Below, piece by piece: positions 26,868 to 39,700 of a DNA stretch of 64,000 nucleotides; within the stretch, counting starts at the first letter, position 1; every line of letters starts with the position of its first letter. Location of the stretch: assembly GCA_030141605.1 (NCBI GenBank), contig JAQGDQ010000301.1, positions 62,001 through 126,000 of the forward strand, written 5' to 3'. A model generated the notes under the pieces. The model worked only from the letters and a program-made list of their open reading frames with translations. It made no database searches and was not told where the DNA came from. The DNA is from Tubiluchus corallicola. Taxonomy: Eukaryota > Animalia > Priapulida. Both the position numbers and the translations under genes were made by a program.

Positions 26868-27370
26868 ATTGATTTTTGTTTCTAAATATTATTTCCTTTT
26901 GCTTTGAATGATATTCATTAGTCAAAGTAATTAGATTGTTAATTTTATGCTTCAATTCTGGTTCTTACTCTCTTATTCAAGTTTAACATCATAACTTTAT
27001 AGCACAGCTTTCTGTAAACTAATAATCTTTATTCTGCTATCAAAGAAGTCAAGTAGACTTTGATTTTGGTTTGACTGTAGTCTGTAGAGTATAGGTGACC
27101 TTTCCATTTATGGTCTGTATGCATGAATGTGATGTACCTTTCAATAGGAACTTGTATGTCTGGTCATGTGATTACAGCTTTTCATTTCTGGATAAACTAG
27201 AAATCTGTAAAGAACTTGCTTTTATATTGTGTATTCATTATTTTATTTCGTTTTTGTTTAGCCCAGAGGAAAAGTTGAGAGGAAAAATGCCGCGGTTAAA
27301 ATAAGTTTATTCAGGCTGAAAATAGTAACATCAAACTGCTATCAGGAAATAGGCATGTAATTGAACTTAC

Positions 27371-27481
27371 TGCAAGAAAAAGTCTGACGACGGCTCCTCT
27401 TTTAAAAAAATTTAACCATTTTATTGGAATATTATCTGTTTCATGGAAGTTCAAGCTGATATCTTTATTCCAACCGATGAC
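27371..27481 (-). CDS. GXYLT: GXYLT-like exon
   Basis: tttttag|GTC...GCA|gtaagt, 111 nt; encodes ...IPIKWLNFFKRGAVVRLFLA (cf. GXYLT 'EWKKLFKPCASQRLFLP'). Confidence 0.88.
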
Positions 27482-29833
27482 CTAAAAATAAAAGCAGTTC
27501 ATGCAAAACACATCGCGATAATCATTGTAATTATCATTTAATCGAAATTTTGGATAACTCAATTCAGGAAATCCGGAGGGAATATCTGGTGTATCTCTTC
27601 CAGATTGTTAGGCACAAAATATTCTATTCGTTTCTTTTACGTTCTTACCCAGTTACTTGGCTGCCTCAAAAAAAAGTGTAGGCTTAACAGCGTGTAGCAT
27701 TTTACTACGTTTCACTTTTACCCATACAGATGCGTAAATTCCAATAATTCCCAGCTTATGCAAAATTATAAATCGTTAGTTTAGTGATCTTCTCAATTAC
27801 ACGGTGTTCAATAGTTTGCATTTCGCGTCAGCCGCCCAAGAACAAGTAACATATAAATTTGCCCTCTCATAATCTTTAGGATTATAATTGGTACCTTCCT
27901 CCAAATGATAATCGCCTAATATGCCTTTCTTACAGCATTAGAGTATATGTTGGTTTATTACATTACTCCACACTTGGAGAGTATAGCATAATTGCTACCC
28001 CGATCACAGGATAATAGACAATGAGTTTACAGTTAACGCCTTAGAAAGAAAACCACCGAGCGGGAGTTTATGTGACTGCTAGGTGGCGTTCCTTTTAGGG
28101 GGCACACAGCAGCATCCCTACCGTAGCCTAGACTTTCTATTAATTTATGGTTTGAGGTCTAGAAATAGTATTACCTAGAAATTCTGAATTTGCAACATCA
28201 GTTCATGGAGAAGAGAGATTGTGAGAACATTCTAATTTAAGACGAAATTTTGGCTTGCCTATCGCTATTTTATTCTTATATGCTGTAGCCTGGATCACAG
28301 TACACCTCCCATTACTAATGGGCAACCAATCATCACACTTTCTCGTGAGATTTCAAATGATCTTATTTATACCATACTTATCGGCAGAGCTGTACTTTAT
28401 TTTAGAGAAAAGGAAGTTTCCAGGGCAGGTCCTCTAGGCAGATCCTTATTATGACATGTCTTGGCGACCACCCACCCAACAACATTTCATGATATTGTTG
28501 AAGCAGGCCCTCCCATCAGCTCCTTTGGAGCTATGCTGTGATCACAATTCCTGATCACAGTAGCTCCTCGAGACAGGCGGGCAGGAGGGACATTTCTCAC
28601 AACATGTCCTCAGAACAACGACCAGATACTGCTCTGTTTTTATTTAATTGAGTTTATTATTTATTCTCCAACCAACGCTTAATAAGATGAAGGTTTTTGG
28701 AGCAGGCGGGTATTCTTTTTTTCTTTGTGATCCATAGTTTTTGAGCTAGGGCCACAATATTTATATGTGGTTGGGTGGGACCAAGCTGGTGGATATGGTA
28801 TAAGCTAGGAGGCAAAACCAAAAAATGGGGGTTGGGAACAGAAATGCATCAAGTGTATTAAAACAGTATCGTGTAGCATATCAAATGATGACGCGATTCG
28901 AATGGTATAGGTTACAGTGTGAATCGTTAACCTGTGACCCAGTTAGGGGCAAAATAGGTTCCAACGAGATAAATGCCTTACAGGGTCTACCAAAAATAGC
29001 TTGTTGTATATCAAATGGAAGGCCTCAATGAGACAAACTATAAGAATGATATAAGTTATGCAAGATTGTTGACCTATGACTGGTGGGTAAAGGGCAACAC
29101 AGTTGAATGCCGAACATTCGTTGTGAAATGCATTTTCCATGTGTTCTTGCAATTCAATAAAAGAAAATCAGCACTTTCAAAAAAGGCTGTCGTGTCTTCA
29201 TTTTTAAGGCTAAATTTTACAACTATTGTTTGCAAAATCTTCAGTTTCTGACCAGGTCAGAAATATTGTCAGCTAGTTATTATTACTTATGCTAAATATT
29301 ATTTTGCACCTTAAGCATCTGCCTGGTTTGCCTAGTGGTAGAGCCGGTTCCTGACTAAGTTAAATAAAATGTATTATAGTATTATATTATGCCCAGGAAC
29401 ACAACAAAAGTGCATACCTCAACAAAGCTGGCCTTATATCAGCATAGCTAGGTCAATCGCCCTATGACCAGGTTGTAGTTGCAAACTTGAGGCAAATTTG
29501 GTCTGATGACAGAGTCAATAATTTTGTTATTGTAGGCTTTGTAGTTTGTAATTTCTAGTGATCAGGTATAGTGCTGCTCGTGACAAAATCGCTCGTCTCG
29601 TGGCCATTAACACGTTGTTGTCCTCAACAACAAGAAGAACGACAATTATAATAATGAAGGATTTCATTATAAGTTGACCAACATTCATGACAACAAGAAT
29701 TCACTAAGGTTTGTGTGAACATGTTCTCTGCATTATTTGCCTCTGCTGCTAGATTACATATTTTACTCTGAACTTTGATAAAATGACAAACTACAAAAGA
29801 AAAAAGCAAAAACTAAACATTTACTTCACTTAC

Positions 29834-30007
29834 ATTTTGCCAAAGGATGCGCTTGGTTTGCTCACTATCACAAAAAAGATGCAATCTGAGTGGTACTGAT
29901 GTTACCATTAGAGCAGATTTTATCATATTCGATGCCTCTTCTATATGTTTGTAATCTTTTCCCAGAAGTGTAACCGCCACATCGATGCTTGCCAACTTTC
30001 CCGTATT
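29834..30007 (-). CDS. GXYLT: GXYLT-like exon (start of the catalytic domain)
   Basis: tttgatag|AAT...AAT|gtaagt; encodes IDVAVTLLG...EEASNMIKSALMVTSVPLRLHLFCD (cf. 'HLAVVACG..LEETMTMLKSA.....LQFHIFAE'). Confidence 0.88.
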
Positions 30008-30755
30008 CTATCAAAAGTAATAATAATTAGTAAAATGGAGTTGCGTCAAATCTGCTTTCTCACTGCATTGTTGCTCTTAGCCTTATGAATGGAGTTGAGT
30101 TGTTTTACCATAATTGATAAAATATTTACCATATTTACCATATTACCTTTTACAAAATCAACAACACTGACAGTAAATAACACTACAAAACACACTTTAG
30201 CTTTCAATCTAATATGTCTAATTATACAAACTCCGTCACAATTCAATTTTTAGGTACAAAAATCTGTGTTCACAACCTCTTTTTCTCGTCGGCCGGTGCT
30301 TATTTACATGTCATGCACCTATCCTATACAGAGGACAATAACTGACTATAGTCAAAAATTCTCAACTAACGATGAATCCTAATGCCAGTAGCAATATTAA
30401 ACGTTAAAGTTCAATTACTGCTACAGTACTTTAAACAATAACTGAAAAATAAACATTTTACATAGAAAAACACAATAGCTTTATAAGCCATCACCATAAA
30501 ACAAGCTCGGCATAAAATTGGGAAACTTATTGCAAATAAACTTTAAAATTTAAGTCAAAATGAGCTCACAAATTATGAGACACAGTTGTATCCGTCAATG
30601 TCAGTTCACTGGCAGTTACACTGATTTTAACAGTCTTTCAAAACAAGAACTTAAAAAAGAGGGATATTAATACCTGGCCTATTAATCAGTCAACCTGCAA
30701 CACGCCAACAAATAAAAAAATACTTTTCAATTTATCACTTCCTTCTTTTGTATTC

Positions 30756-32279
30756 TGTGATCGTATAGTATTCAAGTGATTTGTATAATAATTTAATCGA
30801 TTCGCTTCCTATATAATTAATTGCTACAAGGTGATTCATCACCCGGCTCCTAGGGCTTTAGATGAGTCTATCGGGCGATAATCTTGTCCCTCAAGACTGA
30901 CTCTTCGACTTTGCGTTGTAAGGTCTTTGACCCTAAAGCTAACTAGCCTAGCTCCCGCAATTGAGCTTCATAAAATTAATTAACAATTAATGCAATGCGA
31001 ATCTACAGGATTGTATGTCAGATTTAGTGTTGCTTAACTTCATACACTTTAAAGCATACATGAACTCATAAGTTACGTCAAAGTGAATCAACTTTATTGG
31101 TTTACAAATTTACTTTATCTAGGTAGCTGTACAAGATTTGTCCTTACATGCTTGTAGGTGTTCACAACTAATGTATAGCTCCAAGAAGATACTCAAGCAA
31201 TTCACTTATGTTGTGCTTAAGGTGCTTAATACAATGTGAACTACACACTTAACAACTAATCAGTATGCTGCACTTAAGGTGCTTAATACAATGTGAACTA
31301 TTGTTACACAGAGTTACTCTCAGTTACAAATGCGTTAAGATTACTTAACTTGGTGGAATGACCACAATGCAACTCTTGTAAATTTGGTCAACTCCAAAGA
31401 TTTTGTGAGACTGTTCGTAGATCCAGTGCACGAACGTTTTGCTGAGGACATAGAACTGTTCCACGCTGGTGTCAAATGATGTCTCTGCTCCCTGTCAGAC
31501 TCTCTCTGGCTCCTGACTCTCCCAATGACCGCTGACTGACTAACACCTCGTGTTCCCAACTCCGGGCTTATATCCTGAATAGCTTGGCCTTGCGTAATTC
31601 GCGCCCTAATGCAATAAGGTGAAAGGTGACATCCCTGAATTAACCCTGGTATCCCCTGCCAAGAAATTTACGATCAACCAGGTGGCTTTAGAGAGACTAT
31701 GCATCGATCCAGTGCTCAGTCGATCAGCGAGGACGTAGAACTGTTTCACGCTGGTTTCAAGCGATGTCTCCGCTCCCTATCAGATTCCCGTTTCGCCTCT
31801 CTCTGGCTCATTGACTCATGACTAACTCCTGTCTAACCCACGACTAACCTCCGACTAACCTCCGACTAACACCTCGTGTTCCCATCTCAGAGCTTATATC
31901 CCGAGGAGCTTGTCCTTGCAAAATTCGCGCCAAACGCCATCAGGTGACAGGTGACATCCTTGAACTACCCTGGTTTCCCTTCTTCACTTGGCGTCTTCAA
32001 GCGAATACAAGCGACAGGTGACATCCTTGAATTACCCTGGTATCATTTCTTCGCTTGGCGTCTTCAAGCGGATACAAGCTTGGCGTCGGCCATAAAATCC
32101 TCTTCCAAAGAAATTTGCCTATTGCGACTTTTCTGTTTAATTAAGAGCAACTCTGCATAAGGCTACAAAGAACAATTATTTTCTCACTGAACAGGTGCCT
32201 GTTTACTCTCAGCAAATGATAAGAAACACCTCTGTAGAATAAGTTGCTTCTTAATCAATAAATTTATCTTATCAAGTCA
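30756..32279 (-). mobile_element. Full-length LTR-like element with an internally duplicated promoter module
   Basis: On the minus strand it runs TGACTTGAT...TACGATCACA (TG...CA). It has two GATATAAG boxes and an AATAAA, and is homologous to 3579-4903. Confidence 0.7.
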
Positions 32280-32690
32280 CCAAATTTCGCTCACTTGCGG
32301 GACACACGCTGACGCACGTGTGTCCACAAAATTTCTTAATAAATTTTTTCATGGCTAAATAAGCAAACCAAGAAACACACTAATTCTCTTGTTTGTTTAT
32401 GCAATCCCCGAGCAGTCAGCTGATATGTTTATGTCGCTACTTACATAATGTCGATTTTCTTATCAATTTCTGTTGTCTAGACACTTTTTAGCTAACTGTA
32501 ACTGCACTTCTTGTATTTTGGGCTGGCCTCCCTTTCACGGAAGCAATGAAATATGAGTCACGAGTTTGAGGTGCCACAATGAGCTTCAAAGTAATGGACT
32601 CACCTGAGGAAATAGCATTCTAGCAAGTTGTCGTGAATAAATTTATGAATCGATAATTTAGAGATAAAATCTGATGACTCCCTGATTAGA

Positions 32691-33587
32691 TGACTTGATA
32701 AGATAAATTTATTGATTAAGAAGCAACTTATTCTACAGAGGTGTTTCTTATCATTTGCTGAGAGTAAACAGGCACCTGTTCAGTGAGAAAATAATTGTTC
32801 TTTGTAGCCTTATGCAGAGTTGCTCTTAATTAAACAGAAAAGTCGCAATAGGCAAATTTCTTTGGAAGAGGATTTTATGGCCGACGCCAAGCTTGTATCC
32901 GCTTGAAGACGCCAAGCGAAGAAATGATACCAGGGTAATTCAAGGATGTCACCTGTCGCTTGTATTCGCTTGAAGACGCCAAGTGAAGAAGGGAAACCAG
33001 GGTAGTTCAAGGATGTCACCTGTCACCTGATGGCGTTTGGCGCGAATTTTGCAAGGACAAGCTCCTCGGGATATAAGCTCTGAGATGGGAACACGAGGTG
33101 TTAGTCGGAGGTTAGTCGGAGGTTAGTCGTGGGTTAGACAGGAGTTAGTCATGAGTCAATGAGCCAGAGAGAGGCGAAACGGGAATCTGATAGGGAGCGG
33201 AGACATCGCTTGAAACCAGCGTGAAACAGTTCTACGTCCTCGCTGATCGACTGAGCACTGGATCGATGCATAGTCTCTCTAAAGCCACCTGGTTGATCGT
33301 AAATTTCTTGGCAGGGGATACCAGGGTTAATTCAGGGATGTCACCTTTCACCTTATTGCATTAGGGCGCGAATTACGCAAGGCCAAGCTATTCAGGATAT
33401 AAGCCCGGAGTTGGGAACACGAGGTGTTAGTCAGTCAGCGGTCATTGGGAGAGTCAGGAGCCAGAGAGAGTCTGACAGGGAGCAGAGACATCATTTGACA
33501 CCAGCGTGGAACAGTTCTATGTCCTCAGCAAAACGTTCGTGCACTGGATCTACGAACAGTCTCACAAAATCTTTGGAGTTGACCAAA
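32691..33587 (+). mobile_element. 3'-truncated inverted copy of the same LTR-like element
   Basis: Reverse complement of 31383-32279. All paired coordinates sum to 64970, and the mirrored ORFs in the track translate identically over the shared span. Confidence 0.9.
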
Positions 33588-36429
33588 ATTTATATTGAGC
33601 CTCTGAATATCAACCCAAGTTTATTATTTTTGAAGTAAATTTTTACTCCGAGTTTACTAGGTAGGCAGGGCAATGACACCCTTTTCCTGAGCACTCAAAT
33701 TCACGTGCTAGGTTCGTTTCACATGATCAGTTTCTGTAACAATTTTGTTGTATAATCATATGACAAACCCGAGTTTTTTAATCATGAATACGGTACCCAT
33801 GCGTCGGTAATTTGTGTAAACAATCGTATTGATCACTGTGTCTTACTGCGTAAATGTATTTTAGTCTGAGAAATAGAATTTTAAATAGCAGTTGAAATGG
33901 ATACAAAACACCAGTTTAACGTGTTGACCAAAAGTTTCTTTATTCTGAAACACAATTATTAACATTAAGTTTAATTTGCATTGAGTAGAAGAAAATTAGT
34001 TGCATGATTAAATGTATTGCTATAACTAAGAACTGATATAAAAATTATGTAGACTATATTGAAATTAATTAATAATAACTCACGTTGTTAGAGCCTTTGA
34101 CAATTACAAAGACAGGAATGAGAACTCCAAGTTGCCTTAAGAACAACAATGTCACAACAATAAATTCGTAAGAATTTCACAGTCATAATGCTCATCACAG
34201 TCAGAAAAATAGAGCAATGGCGGAGAGAACCAAAAGACGGGTAAAATGTCATACAACTACTACAGCTATAGCTCACTGAAGGCCAAAATGCTAATGTATT
34301 GAAGGATATTAGGTGCTTCAATTTTAAAAGAGTGACTACTGTAAAAAGCTAAATGCCTACTAAATTAAGAAATAGGTGGCAGCACCGTGGCAGTAATTGA
34401 GAACTAAATTAAAACCAAAAAAGGGCCTATGCACCCACTACAGCAGTAATATGATTTTGTCTAGCATTACTGATGCAGATGTTCGATGTACTTGTACTTC
34501 CAACATTGGAAATTACTAACCGCTTCATTTAGTATTTAAACAAACCAGTGCTCCTCTTCCACAGTTTTTTATCTCAAGTATATAGTTTTATAATCTGCAT
34601 CTCTTATTTGTTTTATGTAGCTTATGCGTTGATTTAAATATAAAATAAAATAATAATAAAGCGTGATGCCCCTCCAAAGAGATAATAGTAATACAGTATA
34701 AACAGTTATGATTACAATTTAGTATGTTTACAATTTCTCTAGTGTGTCGGAAATTCAGCAAACAATTGAGTTACAGTTCAGTTCAGTATCGATAAACATT
34801 CAAAAATACAACCGAAGCCTCAATTTTTTGAATTTTGCATTAAAATCAAATAGATAGATTTACTAGCAAGAATTAACTTTAATAACAATACATGTTACAA
34901 GCACGTTACTTTCTCTAGCAACATTGTTAAATTGTTAATACAAAATAAAACATAGTACTTAACTTGCGACAGGCCAATCTAATCGTCCAATGATTGGCCT
35001 AGTCAGGATCTTATTAAGACTAGATGTTTCTAGCTTCAGTGGTTGACAGATGCAACGACAAGGAGTTGTTCACTCTCTCTACGCTGAAAACTAAGTCTAG
35101 AAATTATGGCTCTTATTTTCCACTTCTAAAGGACAGTGTTCACACATCAAGATCGTTAGGTGACCAATCAAACACTCTGTTTGGTGTCCTCCCTCTCAAA
35201 AGGCTTCGCGATAATATAACAGTGTTAATAGACATACTGTTGGTGTGGCTTGAATAAGCCTGCGCACTTTGGCCTGTCCTTTTTTTCTGTCTACCCAAGG
35301 GCGGACCTCTGTGTGCTGACATTCTAAAGTTAGTGATACAACCGCCGATCATAATTTTACAGCTATCAGTTTTTGATCATCTAACCACCAAGTATCGTAC
35401 CTCGCGTGATCGTGCAGTGATAATCCTTCACAAGATTAAGTAACTTCATATTAATCTCCCTTATACTTTCATGAGCAGCTGAAAGCAGCCCTGATCTATC
35501 ATGGGTCACTAACAACGAAACCTCTACTTTGTATGGTCAGTAAGTAACAGTTCTTTCACAACACTCGCATTTCCTGCTAATGATTTTTAAACGGCTTTTT
35601 AATACTTAGAAACGACTTCGTGACCGCCTGTCTTATTCTCTCTACTTTACATTTACATTTGTCTCATTTTGATAGCAGCAATTTTAATTTATAAACACTT
35701 CTTAAAATAAACTCTTCTAAAGTTACGAGAGATGACCACCCGGTTATATTTAGTTAATACTTGGAAGAAGTTGAGAATGTCGCCACATTCAGTTCATCAT
35801 TGAATTATTCTTATAATTTGTTGTTATGCATTTAGTTATTCATTAATAGAATTATTGACCATTCTAAAATTAAAACATAGCCGTTGGCTACTTAAACAAG
35901 TGAGAAAATTGGCTAACCACGCCGAGTGGGTGCCAGACCACTCTGACCAACTAGTTGTGTAAGTGTGACGCATGTGGGATTTTGTCAATAACCACAACTG
36001 GGCAACTACACAGAAATGGTGTTAATGCTCTAGTCTAGTTCGAATTCAGTTAGCTCATTCACAATTTTTCCAAAACTAAATTTAACTACATTCAGCCGTT
36101 CTGAGTCAACTGCAAGTGCGCGTGTATTACTCTTGTCGATTCAAATATAGTTGGCCGACATAGCCCATGCAGTTCGTTGTGGGCCTAAAGTATTAGGGCT
36201 TCATGGTATTCGTAGTAACATTACAACATTTGATTTGATCGAACCATGCCAACAGGAACTTTGTGTGTCACGTATAGTGTGTCTGTGCCTTTGGTTAGGT
36301 TCATTTTTTTTGAAAATCATATGTTTAAGCCTCAATGCTAATTAATGAATTCAACGTACTTTGCTTATAATGCAGCTAAACACCTGTTTTATGCATTTCG
36401 TTGCTGTAAATTAAAAAATTGTTTTTCAG

Positions 36430-36759
36430 ATTATCGAGGTCACTCCATCCCTCTGTCTCACACCAAAAGATTTAGAGAAAAAGTGTTGGAATCCTGCTAT
36501 TGCACTTGAAGTCAAAAATGGCGTTCACAAATTCAGTATCCATAGAAAAGGACATGGCGTCAAGAAACAAAGCCGACATCGAGCATCTAGTTACAGTGCT
36601 CGTCCGTCTATTGGTTATCACACAAGGCCAACTACAGTTCGGAGCAGAAAGCCATCTATTGGCTATCGCAAAAAGCCATCTATTGGCTATCACAAAAAGC
36701 CGTCTACTGCTTTTGTCAGAAAACACTCGCACGGTTATGGTTTTCAGTCAAGATATTAA
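36430..36759 (+). CDS. Candidate terminal exon encoding a basic K/R/H/S/G/Y-rich tail with KPSIGY(R/H)K repeats; product unknown
   Basis: A gtttttcag| acceptor is followed by 109 open codons with an in-frame 24-nt repeat, and there is a downstream AATAAA near 36996. No homology was recognised. Confidence 0.35.
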   Translation: MIEVTPSLCLTPKDLEKKCWNPAIALEVKNGVHKFSIHRKGHGVKKQSRHRASSYSARPSIGYHTRPTTVRSRKPSIGYRKKPSIGYHKKPSTAFVRKHSHGYGFQSRY

Positions 36760-39700
36760 TATTTTTCAGAATCATTGTGAACCATTAGAAAACAAAACTG
36801 CTTATATACTGAGTATTATTTCTTTCTGCAACGGGTGTATTCCACATTATTTTTTGTATTTCAGTAAGCAAAACATCAAAAAGAGCAGACATCCATAACA
36901 TATAGGCATATGGTCCACCTTTAAGTATAAAATCGCTACATGTATTATTATTTTCAGTCTTCAAGTGTACGCATTTTATGTTTCTATGGCCTGTCAATAA
37001 ACTAACATTATTGATTACTGTACGGTTTTTGTATGCATAATTATGGCGTACCGTTAAATTAAAATATTTGCAGATAATGATAGTCCTGCGCAAACGTTCA
37101 CATTTTATGCATTTTGTGTCTTTTATTTAGATCTTTCATTTCGTAAGTAGAATTTATGCAGTTCGTTTATTGTTTAATTGTTTTTGGCCTTTTGTGTGAT
37201 CATATAAAATGATGGTGTAGAAAGTGATGGAACCGTTTACTAAGCTACCATAATGATAATTCAGTAATTATAATAGTAATAGTTTATTACGAAGGGGATA
37301 CAAGACACACTCATAACAGCACAGTGAATTATATAATGTTCTCTCCAAGCTAATTTTCGATCGGATTATCAATGATCGATGGAATACCTAAGTATAAAAT
37401 AGCTGGAGTGGTTTCATATTTCAGATGCCCAGATGCTCTCTCGTTCGTGTCCTCGCAAACTTTTTGATGCTTCAGCCTCCATGCTAGTATCTCTGCTCTT
37501 GGATCCCTGCCAAGGGCTGCAGTCGAATGTAAACCCTAAACTTCACTACATCTCATAGTTGGTTTAAAGTGAATTCCTAACATTTTGGTGGGAAAACTCC
37601 GCCGAAACGACGTCTTAAAGAATCTAACTTTTCTTCAAATTTCCGTCAGATACTTCATTTTACAAGACAGGCTCACTTTGCAATAACAAAAACTCGTTGT
37701 TCTAACTTGTTGCTCCTGAAAGAACACACACACAATTAAGATTCCCCTCCTATAATTAATACTGTGTTATAAAGACAGATTTTAATAAAAAATTATCCAT
37801 AAAAATATTCATTAATTTTTCATTTTAGGTCTATCAGTCAATTATTCACTTCAGTTCTATACATCCTACTTTAAATATTATGTATCTGAAATTTAACTAG
37901 TTCAAGAATTATTATTTAAATATTAAAATATAATGTTAAACAACTATTTCTCCATCTTACACTCCATCTTATAATTTAAGTTCAAAAACTTACATAAAAT
38001 TTTGTACACGTGAATTAGGCAGTTAATGTACTATTTAAGTAACCACGATATGCTAATTAAGTTAATTGAATCAAGTTAAATTTATAAATTCATTTTTATA
38101 AATATATATTATATATTTATATATTATTTTTATAAAAATTAATGTGCAACTTATTTATTTACATTTTTTGTACATTTTAACCGAATAAACTACTAATGTA
38201 TACAACTATGACTGAACTTGATGTTTTCATGGGAGTAAGTGTTTGAGCATTCTTGGTCCTTACTTGGGTGAAATGGTTATACATGCTACACATAATTATG
38301 CTAAGCTCTTCTTATCAATTTCTGAATATCAGTATAAACTTGCGAGTCAAGACTGCCAAATTTACATGCCATCGTTAAATGAGGAAGATTGGGAATATAT
38401 GTAAATCTATTTATTCATTTGATGTATTTGGATTAAGTCAGTGCGAAGTTTGGCAGTGAATGACATACACGAAGAAATTATTGCTAATGGAGAGGGCGTA
38501 CGTTTTCTTGATATGAAACCTATTTCTTAAGATAAATTAAATTTTTTCAAACACAAATAATATACTAGAACGGGACTGTAAATCTTAAGCAAGAAATCTG
38601 TTATCCTAAGTAGAGGACAAAATGACAATCATTCCACAAAAATGATAATATATTTTGAGACTGTGAGGCGTATTATGTGTAAACCATTTTTGCCATAAAC
38701 ACAAAATTTAAGTAATTTATGATCCGGAATTAGTTGAACAAATGCCACATGACTACTTATCAACTACTAGTCAATTAGCTAAGTGACTAACCAGCCAATC
38801 AGTCAGCTAAACTAACAATCGACCAACTGCTTGGCAACTAGGAAAGCATTAGACTAGCCAGCCTGCCAAGCAATCAGCAAATTAAGCGACTAGCTATCAA
38901 ACAACCAGTCAACAAACTACATTATTGGAGCTTTTTCATCATAGCAGATGTGAGTTTTCTAATTTGATATCGCTTTCAACTGTGAGAGTCAAATGCTTAA
39001 AGGAATATAGGATTCAAGTTGCACGTGTTTTGGCATTTCTAATATAATAAATGGAATACCTGTATCATTCTCAGAAACTCCTATGTAGGAAAATGGGCAC
39101 CGTACCTGAATCATGATAGGATGTCGGATGCGACGTGGCACACACCTTCGAAATCAGTGTTGGCACAGCGAGAAACTTTAAATTTCTAGCCATGTGGAGG
39201 TGTAATTGTTGTCAATGTTCTACAGTAGTGTTGTACATTAATTTTTTGCGTTCACAAACAGACCTGTGCAACATGCCCACGGAATATTCTGCTTTTAAAA
39301 AATTCAGTATGTTCAATTGTTATGTCAACCTTACCTACCCTCGCCATCCAATAATAGTTTCTAAGCTAATAATTAATAAACACTTAATTAATAAACGCTG
39401 TTCACAATTTGTAGGATCACTTCTCAGTAATATACAACACGTTTATTGGCACGACTACTTACAGGGACTCATACTTAGTCTCTATTATAAATTCGAAATC
39501 AGCAACAACTAGTTAGTCAGCTAGTCAAGCACTAGTAAGAAGTTAAAAATGAATGCGAAAACGAGCAGGATTTAATTTTATAATGAAGCGGAACTATTAA
39601 AATAAGCGAAAGTATGATAAGGAATTTTGAATTATGTATGTAACAGGTTAGCTTGCAACAACAGCAGACATGGTTACAATTTTGTATCAAAACGAATTAT

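Noticed and set aside
32671-32720. Hammerhead ribozyme (CTGATGA) beside the inverted repeat, which would suggest a Penelope pseudo-LTR
   Set aside because: No stem II or GAAA core follows. The other CTGA.GA hits I checked also lack the core.
31341-33638. Duplicated small genes (identical 69-aa and near-identical 72/75-aa ORFs)
   Set aside because: They are by-products of the inverted repeat, show no recognisable domain, and these frames are not evidently preserved in the diverged copy at 3579-4903.
36500-36898. 132-aa ORF from the track as a standalone gene
   Set aside because: It starts at TTG and overlaps the frame that begins at the 36430 splice acceptor; the 24-nt repeat keeps several frames open.
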